DNA from: Stellaceae bacterium
Lineage (GTDB): Bacteria; Pseudomonadota; Alphaproteobacteria; ATCC43930; CGMCC-115725
NCBI GenBank assembly: GCA_036394355.1
Contig: DASWFH010000310.1
Location: 1-47,217 of the forward strand
DNA: 47,217 bases
Reading direction: 5' to 3'
A program made the position numbers and the translations under genes. The notes beneath the pieces are model-generated. The model did no database searches, was not told the origin of the DNA, and saw nothing but the letters and a program-made list of their open reading frames with translations. Below, piece after piece: positions 30,902 through 39,247 of the stretch; position 1 is the first letter of the stretch; the number at the start of each line of letters is the position of its first letter.

Positions 30902-32239
30902 TCATCCCGTAGCGTATTTTCCTGCCACCGCGCACCCCGGCTCGGCGAGGATCCGGGCCGCGGCCTCCTCGCCGCTGATGAACGCCTCGTCGGTCCAGGC
31001 GTGATCCCAGTTTCCGTAGCGGCCGCAATAGCCGACGCCGATGTCGCGCAGGTAGCCTTGGATCGTCGCGAGCGCGGGGGCGCGGTCGTGGTCGTAGATT
31101 ACATTGGCGTAGCGGTTGACCGCGGCGTCCTTGAGCAGGATCTGATCGTCCTCGCGGATGAACCGGCAGCGCCGCAGATCGGCGATCGCCGGCTCGATCA
31201 AGTCCGCCGGACGGGCGCGCAACGGCCGATATTTGTCGGAGAAATAGATTTCCGCCTGAATGGTCCCGGCGCCGGGCGGCGCATTGTGCGGCGAAAACAT
31301 GTGCGGCAGGTTCACCCGCGAAAACACGATGTCTTCATCGTAGAAATAGGTGATGTGGGTCTCGGACAGGTCGGCGCGGCCGATGCCGAGATTGACCAGC
31401 ACCGCCGTGGTGAAGGCCAGCTTGCGCGACGCCTCCAGCACGTCCTTGGGCACGCCGTCGATCAACGGGATCAGTTCCGGTAGCGGTATCGACGATATCA
31501 CGCGCTCATAGGGCGCCGACGTGCCGTTGGCAAAGCGCAGGATGCGCTGCTTCGCGTCAAGGCCGCAGAGCCGGTGGCCGAGGCGCAGCTCGAAGCGATC
31601 GGCGAACGCCTCGAGATAACTCATGAACCCGCCGAACGACGGATAGCGGAACGTGTCGACGTAATGCACACTGGCGCGCTGGCCGGCGACGGCACCATGC
31701 ACGATCTCGTCGAGGCTCGGCCGGTACATGCGCGGACCGATCCATTCCGTGGTCAACTGGTCCATGGTGGTCGTGTGGTACTTGCGGCCGTACACCATGG
31801 GGAACGTTTCGGCGAAGGTCTTGCCATAGGTCTGGTGAAGCCATTGCGCATAGTTCGGCTTTGCTGTCATCGGGCTTTGATGCACCGCGACGAAATCCTT
31901 GATCACGTCGACGATCAGCTCGGGCGGCAGGCCGCGCAGATTGCATTGGACCGGGTGGGTGATGCGGCGCCCGCGCCAGTAGTTGTCGATCTTGAGCTGC
32001 GGCTCCTCGTGGCGGCCGCCAATGTTGCCGGCGAGGAGATTGCGGATGCGGTCGTTCTTGGTGAAGGAGATATGGCCGCCTTCGTCGAAGACGAAGCCGT
32101 TCTCATAGCGGAACGACCATGTGTGCCCCCCATAGTAGGGGTTGCGGTCATAGCAGACGAACGGGACGCCCGCGGCGTCCAACGCGTGTCCCGCGCCGAG
32201 ACCGGCCATTCCCGTACCCAACACCGCAATCGGTCTCAC
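30902..32239 (-). CDS. FAD-dependent oxidoreductase of the amine-oxidase fold, resembling long (eukaryote-type) UDP-galactopyranose mutases
   Basis: Rossmann IAVLGTGMAGLGAGHAL, GGHTWSF, and C-terminal CGRYGNWDHAWTDEAFISGEEAA. The GTG 32239 start has AGGGGG upstream; the ATG at 32293 is an alternative. Confidence 0.65.
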   Translation of the reverse strand: MRPIAVLGTGMAGLGAGHALDAAGVPFVCYDRNPYYGGHTWSFRYENGFVFDEGGHISFTKNDRIRNLLAGNIGGRHEEPQLKIDNYWRGRRITHPVQCNLRGLPPELIVDVIKDFVAVHQSPMTAKPNYAQWLHQTYGKTFAETFPMVYGRKYHTTTMDQLTTEWIGPRMYRPSLDEIVHGAVAGQRASVHYVDTFRYPSFGGFMSYLEAFADRFELRLGHRLCGLDAKQRILRFANGTSAPYERVISSIPLPELIPLIDGVPKDVLEASRKLAFTTAVLVNLGIGRADLSETHITYFYDEDIVFSRVNLPHMFSPHNAPPGAGTIQAEIYFSDKYRPLRARPADLIEPAIADLRRCRFIREDDQILLKDAAVNRYANVIYDHDRAPALATIQGYLRDIGVGYCGRYGNWDHAWTDEAFISGEEAAARILAEPGCAVAGKYATG

Positions 32240-32464
32240 GCCGCGACCCCCTGTGCCTCGTATTAGGCCGCTGCGAACGCGATTACGGCCCATCGAGTTC
32301 CCGTGCTGGTCGATAGCTCGCGCGATCGAGAAGGACCGACCCCGATCTTGGGGCCGGCACGGCGACGGTCATCGGCCGAAGGTGCCGCCCCGGCGGATAC
32401 GGCCGGGCCGCTTTCCTGGTCGGTCGCGGCTGTGGCGCTCCTGTTTCAGGCCAGCGTCATAGGC

Positions 32465-33567
32465 TTACGAGGCAGCCGAAGAGGTCAGCGAGCGCGGCTC
32501 TGTCGAGCCTTCTCTGAACGCTCGGTGAGCGGCGCGAAGCAGCGGCCGCTCGGTCGTGAGATACAGGACGATCCCGCCACATGACGCTGCCGTTGCAATC
32601 GTGAAGAAGAGCAGCAGCGGCTCCAGCCGCTCGGTGAACCCCGTGACATGAGCCGCCTTCACCAAGCCGACCGCGATCGTGAAATGGATCAGATAGATCG
32701 AATAGGAGGCGGCGCCGACGAAGACGAGAGGGCGCGGAATGAGGAAAATCCGATGCTCGATCTCGAGCGAACCACGCGCGAAGATCATCAATGCGGCGCC
32801 TGCGCCGTAGCAGAGGCTCGGCCATGCTTCCAGAAAATCGTAACCGCCGCGCAGTTCGACGACTGCCGTCGCGACGAAGAGGACGACGACGCCCGTGGCG
32901 GACCGCCATCCGGCGCGGCAATGCGTGTCGAGCAGCAGCTTGGCGACCGCCATGCCAATGAAGAATTCGAGGTTCTTCACATGCAGGAGGAAATTGAGCG
33001 GCGGCAGGAGAGTCGAGAAAAATCGCGCCCCCAGCAGGGCGGCAATCCAGACGCCCAATATCACGCCGCCGATCCGTCGCGAGAGGATCACAAGGCCGAA
33101 GAACGTGTAGAAAAGCAACTCGTGCGAAAGCGTCCAGGCGACACCGACGATGTTCACTTGGCCCGGCCTTGTGAACGGAATCAGGAGCGCCGATTGCACG
33201 ATCGCCGCGGACGCAGCCTCGTCGCCGATCCGTTCAGACGGATGGACTATGAAGGTGGCAGCAGTGACCAGCGCGAGCGTGACCCAAAATGCGGGATATA
33301 TGCGCGTCAGCCGACGGACGGCATAGTTCCGGAACCGGCGCGGGGAGCCGATGTCGCGATGGTGGATGTAGTAGATGATGAAGCCGCTCAGGACAAAAAG
33401 AGATCCACGCCGGCACGGCCCAAGGGAAATAAGATCCCGCCGGCAAGAACGTGACCGCCGTATTTCGCGCGCGCCAGTGTTCCGGCTGTGTGGTGCGCCA
33501 CGACCAGAAGCGCAGCAAGCGCGCGCAACGCCTGCAATCCCAGCAGCAGCTGAGATCGCTCCCGCAT
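32465..33567 (-). pseudogene. acyltransferase family 3 (O-acyltransferase) interrupted by a frameshift in an A5/T5 run at 33395-33399
   Basis: The N-terminus MRERSQLLLGLQALRALAALLVVAHHT...GRAGVDLFLS* is in one frame and ..LFVLSGFIIYYIHH.. in the next. One extra T restores the family motif GVDLFFVLSGF. Confidence 0.8.
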
Positions 33568-33752
33568 GGTCGATCCCTTGGCGTGACGTGCCTCGGGAGT
33601 CCAACTTGGTTCAAAGGTTATCTGCCTGAGCATAATGTTCAACGGCTCGTCCAAATAGTCTTCGACGCCTCGTTTAGTGTCGTTTATCGCGCCTCGTCTG
33701 TGGCCTTGCTTGCTCGCCCGGATCGATCCGCATCGCCCGGCCGCTGGCCGCT

Positions 33753-34706
33753 CTACCTTTCGCTCCCGGCTCTGCGGTACCATTCGATGGTGCGACTCAA
33801 GCCCTCGGCGAGGCTCGTCTTCGGCGCCCAGCCCAGCATGCGCCGCGTCTCGTCGGTGCGCGCCGCCCGCGTCGGCTCCATCGGACGATCGGGAATAGCG
33901 CCGAAGACCGGCGGCGATTTTGCTGCCATCAGCTCGCAGATTTTTTCCACGAGTTCGGCCGTGCTGATCAGCGACCCCGACCCAAGGTCGACCGTTCGGC
34001 CCGCGAGATCCGGCGCCACCGCCATGCGCGCAAGCCCGATGGCCACATCGTCGACATAGACCCAATCGATCAGCCGGCGGCCGCTGGTGATTTGCGGAGG
34101 CTCCCCCTGCAACACGCGCCCGATCACATAGGGAATCAGCTTGGTCGCGTCCTGCTGGGCCGGCCCGTACACCATGAATACGCGCGCGATGGCGCCGGGA
34201 AGCTGGTAGAGCGCGTGAAACATGCGCACATAGTCGCTGCTCGCCCATTTGGACGCGGCATAGGGCGCGCCCGGCACGGCCTCGCCGGAGCGGGCGTCCG
34301 GCTCGACGAGCGAACCCGTGACGATGAACCTGCGGCACTCCGTCCCGGCAAGTGCATGCAGCAGGTTCACCGTCGTATGCAGGTTGCTGTGGAAGGTGGG
34401 GAGGACATGAGCCAGGTCGGGCGCCCCCCAGACATGGCTTGCCAGATGAAACACATAGTCGGGCCGTACGGATTTCACGAGATCCTGCGTTGCCGCGGCG
34501 TCCGTGAGATCCCGTTGCCAGTGCCGGTGCGCGGACGCGGCGCCCGCCGCTCGCCTGCTCACGGAATGCACGACCCAGCCGGACGCGCGCAATAGATCGC
34601 ACAAGCGGCTGCCGATAAAGCCGGCGCCCCCGGTGACGAGCGCGCTCGCGCCCGCGTGAGCAGCGGTTTCGCGGTCGGATGTGAAGCTAATCTCGGTCAC
34701 GCGCAT
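33753..34706 (-). CDS. NAD-dependent epimerase/dehydratase (SDR extended family)
   Basis: ALVTGGAGFIGSRL and the catalytic YAASK motif. ATG 34706. Confidence 0.85.
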   Translation of the reverse strand: MRVTEISFTSDRETAAHAGASALVTGGAGFIGSRLCDLLRASGWVVHSVSRRAAGAASAHRHWQRDLTDAAATQDLVKSVRPDYVFHLASHVWGAPDLAHVLPTFHSNLHTTVNLLHALAGTECRRFIVTGSLVEPDARSGEAVPGAPYAASKWASSDYVRMFHALYQLPGAIARVFMVYGPAQQDATKLIPYVIGRVLQGEPPQITSGRRLIDWVYVDDVAIGLARMAVAPDLAGRTVDLGSGSLISTAELVEKICELMAAKSPPVFGAIPDRPMEPTRAARTDETRRMLGWAPKTSLAEGLSRTIEWYRRAGSER

Positions 34707-35131
34707 GTTCCAACATCGAGGGTCGCCGCATCGGGCGGGATCCTGTCGGCATGCATACATTTTTTCCGCGCGCCGCGCGATCTGCGCCGCGACGATGTCG
34801 CGGATGCCGTCGGGATCGACCCGGAGAACGGCTCAAGCGTGAAGCCTCCGATCCAACCCTTAGAGGAACGTTGTCCCCGTCGCGCCGTTCCCCGCGAAAG
34901 TTGAACTCGCCCGATATATCCTTGCCTACTGATTTTGGTCTAAGGTTGGCGCATCTCGCAACGGCAAGCTTCCGTATTCGCGTCGCCTGCCGCTGCCGGT
35001 CAGCGTGATCAGCACCCGCGACCGCGCCTGGCCAGACTTCCTCGGCGACACCGCAACGCCTTGACCCGGCGCTGGTTTCCGGCCGAGAGTGGCGGCGCCG
35101 AGGGTCGGGACCTCGGGTGCACGAGGAGAAC

Positions 35132-35380
35132 ATGATGGCGAAAGTGAGATCGGTCCTGCTCGCGGCAGCGGCGCTGGCGCTCGCCGCCTGCGGCACGACG
35201 CAAGGCGACCGCGCCGCGACGGGCGCCATCATCGGCGGCGGCACGGGCGGCGCCATCGGCCTCGCCTTCGGCGGCGTCGGCGTCGGCGCGGGGATATTCG
35301 TCGGCGCCGCCATCGGCGCCGGCACCGGCGCCCTCACCAATGCGCGCCAGGTCGATCTCGGCAAGCCGATCTGGCGCTGA
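35132..35380 (+). CDS. glycine-zipper lipoprotein (OsmB/YMGG-like)
   Basis: GAGGAG RBS at 35123-35128. Lipobox LALAAC followed by GAIIGGGTGGAIGLAFGGVGVGAGIFVGAAIGAGTGAL. Confidence 0.75.
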   Translation: MMAKVRSVLLAAAALALAACGTTQGDRAATGAIIGGGTGGAIGLAFGGVGVGAGIFVGAAIGAGTGALTNARQVDLGKPIWR

Positions 35381-36239
35381 CCTGCCCCCGCCGCGCGCCG
35401 CCCGGAGCGCGTCGCGCCGGACGCGCCTGCGCCGGCGCTGGCGGGCGCTGCGGCGCGGCTGGCGCCGCTGGCGAAGGCGCGCGCGCCCCGTCTGGCGTGC
35501 CTTGCGTGCGGCGCCGCCGCTGCTGCAGGTCCTCGCCAGCGTCGCCACCATCCTCCTGATCTTCGCGGCGCTCAACGTCGCCTACCACGTCATCCGCAAG
35601 CCGACCGAGATGTTCTTCCCGGTCGCGGGTGCGCTCAACAAGCTGTCGGCGGAGACGTGGCGGCAATACGGGCCGCTGTTCCGCGCCAACGCCACTGCCG
35701 CGATCACGCCGGAGCTGCTGGCGGCGCTGGCGCAGGTCGAGGCCGCCGGCAACCCGGTGGCGCGGACCTATTGGCGCTGGCGCTTCTCCTGGAACCCGTT
35801 CGCGATCTACCAGCCGGCCTCGAGCGCCGTCGGCATGTACCAGATGACCGACGGCGCCTTCGCCGAGGCGCGGCGCTACTGCATCCACGATCACCGCGTG
35901 GTCGAGGACGGCCCGTGGCACGATTGGCGCTCGTGCTGGTTCAACGCGCTCTACACGCGCATCGTGCCGAGCCACGCCGTCGAGCTCACCGCCGTGTCGC
36001 TCGACCGCAACGTCGCCGACATCCTGCAGCGCCGCGGCCTCGCCGCCGCCACGCCGCAGCAGACGCAGGACCTCGCCGCGCTCATCCATCTCTGCGGCGC
36101 CGGGGCCGCCGGTGCCTTCGCACGGCGCGGCTTCCGCCTCGCGCCCAGCCAGCGCTGCGGCGATCACGAGGCCGCCGCCTATCTCGCCCAGGTCAATGCC
36201 ATGAAGCGCCTCTTCGCGCGCCTCGCCGCCGCGGAGTAG
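35340..36239 (+). CDS. lytic transglycosylase (SLT) domain protein with N-terminal membrane anchor
   Basis: VEAAGNPVA...SSAVGMYQMTDGAF resembles the SLT catalytic region (E..G..A.G.MQ). One TM helix (VLASVATILLIFAAL). The start is uncertain: ATG 35340 gives an Arg-rich leader that overlaps the upstream gene, and TTG 35502 is an alternative. Confidence 0.65.
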   Translation: MRARSISASRSGADLPPPRAARSASRRTRLRRRWRALRRGWRRWRRRARPVWRALRAAPPLLQVLASVATILLIFAALNVAYHVIRKPTEMFFPVAGALNKLSAETWRQYGPLFRANATAAITPELLAALAQVEAAGNPVARTYWRWRFSWNPFAIYQPASSAVGMYQMTDGAFAEARRYCIHDHRVVEDGPWHDWRSCWFNALYTRIVPSHAVELTAVSLDRNVADILQRRGLAAATPQQTQDLAALIHLCGAGAAGAFARRGFRLAPSQRCGDHEAAAYLAQVNAMKRLFARLAAAE

Positions 36240-36340
36240 AGCGCCGCGTGCGCCAATCGCGGGCGAAGTTGACGCGCGTCAAGGCGGCGCCGATCCGTGG
36301 CGCGCATATAGCTCTTCGCACGAGAGCGAGGAGAATAGCG

Positions 36341-37571
36341 ATGGCCGGGGGCGACGCGCGACGCGCTGAAGAACCTGCCGGAGTTCAGCTACCTGAGCTG
36401 AGCGCGGCCGTGGTCGCGCATCCCGCACCGCGCGTCGCGCAGGCGCCGCCCCCGCCCCCCGCGGGAGCGTCGGCCGCCCTCGCCGAGCCGGCCGCCATCG
36501 ATCCGCTGGTCGCGGCCGAGACCGCGCGCCTTCACTGTGTCAGCGACCACACGCCCGGCATCACGCGCGAGCGGATCGGCGACGGCAAGGACGGCTTCCT
36601 CTATCGCGATCCGCAAGGGCTGCTGATCCGCGATGCCGCCACGCTCGCGCGCATCCGCGCGCTCGCCGTGCCGCCCGCCTGGACGGCGGTGTGGATCTGC
36701 CCCGACGCCGACGGCCATATCCAGGCGACCGGGCGCGACGCGCGCGGGCGCAAGCAGTACCGCTATCATCCGCGCTGGCGCCATGTGCGCGACGAGACCA
36801 AGTTCGAGCATATGCTGAGCTTCGGCCGCGCGCTGCCGCGCCGGCGCCGGCGTGTCGAGACCGATCTGAACCGAGACGGCTTGCCGCGCGAGAAGGTGCT
36901 GGCGGCGGTGGTGCGGCTGATGGAGCGCAGCCTGGCGCGCGTCGGCAACCCCGAATACGCCAAGCAGAACGAGACCTTCGGCCTCACCACCCTGCGCAAC
37001 GACCATGTGCGCGTCGCCGCGGGCGGGCGCATCGAGCTCGATTTCCGCGGCAAGCACGGCATCCGCCACCACAAGGTCGTCACCGACCCGAAGCTCGCGC
37101 GCATCCTCGCGAATTGCCGCGACCTGCCGGGCTCGGAGCTGTTCAAATACATCGGCCCGGACGTGCGTGGCACCGCATCTCCTCGGAGCACGTCAACGCC
37201 TATCTCCACGAGACCGCCGGCCGCGCCGTCACCGCCAAGGATTTCCGCACCTGGGCCGCGACCAACCTCGCCGTGCTCGAATGCGCCTTCCTGCACGCGG
37301 CCAAGCCGACCAAGCGGGCCGCGGCGACGGTGGTGGAGCGCGTCGCCGAGCGGCTCGGCAACACGCGGCGGTCTGCCGCAACTGCTACATCCACTCGCGC
37401 GTGCTGTCCTCATATCTCGACGGCTCGCTCAAGCCGGTGCTCGCCGCCATCGAGCAGAGCGTCCGCGCGCCCGAGCTGTGGGCGGTCGAGGGCTTCGTCA
37501 TGCGCCTGCTCGAGCAATGGGAGGCGGCGGACGCCCGCGCCGCCGCCGGCGTCGAGGACGCGTACGCGTAA
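36341..37571 (+). pseudogene. bacterial (poxvirus-type) DNA topoisomerase IB with two single-base frameshifts (near 37156-37160 and 37366)
   Basis: GAGGAG RBS. PPAWTAVWICPDADGHIQATGRDARGRKQYRYHPRW and NPEYAKQNETFGLTTLRNDHV lie in frame 2. HRISSEHVNAYLHETAGRAVTAKDFRTWAAT lies in frame 1. AVCRNCYIHSRVL (catalytic Tyr region) lies in frame 0. Confidence 0.85.
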
Positions 37572-37646
37572 GCTCCGAGAGCCGCGCCGGCCGGATGTCC
37601 GCGATCCACATGCCGACCGGGGCGAATGGTGAGCAAGGTCGTGGGT

Positions 37647-38209
37647 TCAGAATCTATACCCGGTGCGCAGACCGAAATTGGTCAGCCCCTGGTTATGCCG
37701 AGCGAGGTTGGCGTTCGATATGTGGTCGAGAAACAGGGACAGGCTCAGGGCGGAGGTGAATTGATAGCCAAGCTCCACGCTTTCGCGGAAGAGCCCGCGC
37801 GAGCCCAGACTCTTGTGCCCGGGGACGGACCCGTCGAGCTGACCGTCCTGCACCGCGCCGCCGAGGCCGAAGCCGGCGAACAACCAGCGCCAGGGCCGGA
37901 CCGTCCAAGTGAGACCGGCATAGGCGTAGCTCGTCCTGCCGGCGGTATTCACGGACACGCCAAGATCCGGTCGCGGCGCGCCGACCGTGTCGAGGAACGA
38001 GGGGGAAGCGAACAGCGCCTCACCGTTGATATCGGGGCCTCGCTCGACATGATGATCGCCGAATCCGATATCGTGGTCCGTGAGACCGAGCTTCGCCTCG
38101 TCGATCCAGCCACTCTGCGCCTGCGCGGCAGGCATCAAGACCACGAGGAATGGCGCGACCAGGAACCATGGGCGAAGCCACCAGAGGACGGAAAATGCCG
38201 AGACATCAT
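37647..38209 (-). CDS. acyloxyacyl hydrolase / lipid A 3-O-deacylase (PagL-like) outer-membrane protein
   Basis: C-terminal LDHISNANL (His/Ser catalytic region) and a terminal aromatic (GYRF). The N-terminus is problematic: ATGATG at 38209-38204 is out of frame by one base relative to the body. See findings. Confidence 0.65.
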
Positions 38210-38295
38210 CGCGGCCGAGGTCGGCGCATGGAGCGCCGTTCCAGACGATATCGCCGTCGCCCACGCCGAGTGACTCCCAAGCAAAATTGAATTGG

Positions 38296-38973
38296 TTACG
38301 CGCCAACCCGCGAGGCGCCCCGGACAAGCGGCTCGGCGACATTGTGATCGGAATCCGTCAACCCGCGTTCGGCCATCGCGCGCTGCCAATTCAGGAGAGC
38401 GGTTTTCATCCACCCGACGGGCTTGTCCATGACCGGACTCATGTGAGCCACCCACAACTCGATCTCCTTCGCCGTGTGTCTGTAGCCGCTTTCCACCGAC
38501 ATGAATGCAATGCCGACAATTTGCTCGGCAAGCTGCCGATCAATCATTGATTGCGGCGTGCTCCAGTTCGCGTCCCCTACGCAATTGGTGTAGAACCCGA
38601 GCCGCTTGAGTATGTCGATCGTTCCCGACTCGGCCAGCGCGTCGAAGCCTCGATGCGGCTCACCCGGATGGGCAACGGGTCCCGGATTGATCGAGTGGCG
38701 GTTCTTGCAACGATGCGATCGATACGCACTCCAGAGCTCTCGCCGTTCGGTGTCGTCCTTGCACGTTGCGATCCGCCGCAAGATCGAAACCTTCGCCGCT
38801 TCCTCGATGCACAGGATCGCAACAGAAGCTGCCGTAGGATAGCGCCCGGCATCCAGGAGCAGCTGGGCATCCGCCAACAGCCGAGCCGCGTTGTCCTCGG
38901 CCGCGTTCATGCCCGCCGCGATCTGCGCGGCGCTCAATCGTCCCGCGTATTGGTCAAACCTAGGCGCGACCAT
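38296..38973 (-). CDS. AbiV-like (HEPN_AbiV) abortive-infection family protein
   Basis: N-terminal NAAEDNAARLLADAQLLLDAGRYPTAASVAILCIEEAAKVSIL followed by LWSAYRSHRCKNRH matches my recollection of the AbiV pattern. Lower G+C and unusual codons (AGG, AGA, ATA, CGA, TTG) relative to the flanks. Confidence 0.55.
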   Translation of the reverse strand: MVAPRFDQYAGRLSAAQIAAGMNAAEDNAARLLADAQLLLDAGRYPTAASVAILCIEEAAKVSILRRIATCKDDTERRELWSAYRSHRCKNRHSINPGPVAHPGEPHRGFDALAESGTIDILKRLGFYTNCVGDANWSTPQSMIDRQLAEQIVGIAFMSVESGYRHTAKEIELWVAHMSPVMDKPVGWMKTALLNWQRAMAERGLTDSDHNVAEPLVRGASRVGA

Positions 38974-39247
38974 GTTCTGCCCTCATGCACAACGCTCGCC
39001 GTCGGAAGGACGACCGGCAGTTCCTCGGGAGTCCGCACGATGACACGACGCGCTTACGGCGTCTCCGATCAAGTGAGAAACGTCATATTCCTGTAAGGCG
39101 AAATAACTACACTGCCCACGGCGGCGTGAGAGCGCGTGTCGATTCGTTGCATCTTGTTACCTAGATCCGCTCGCGGGAAAACGAACGTGAGTGGCGCATG
39201 GCCGGCGTTCACCCGCCCGAAACGGAATTTATGTGAGGCCCCGCACT

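Noticed and set aside
33388-34602. 404-aa minus-strand ORF.
   Set aside because: Most of it overlaps the epimerase gene out of frame. Only its last roughly 60 codons (MRERSQLLLGLQ...GVDLF) are real, being the N-terminus of the frameshifted acyltransferase.
35657-37759. 700-aa plus-strand ORF.
   Set aside because: It is a composite. The upstream part is out of frame over the SLT gene and the downstream part is out of frame after the first topoisomerase frameshift. Only about 36341-37158 is genuine coding sequence in this frame.
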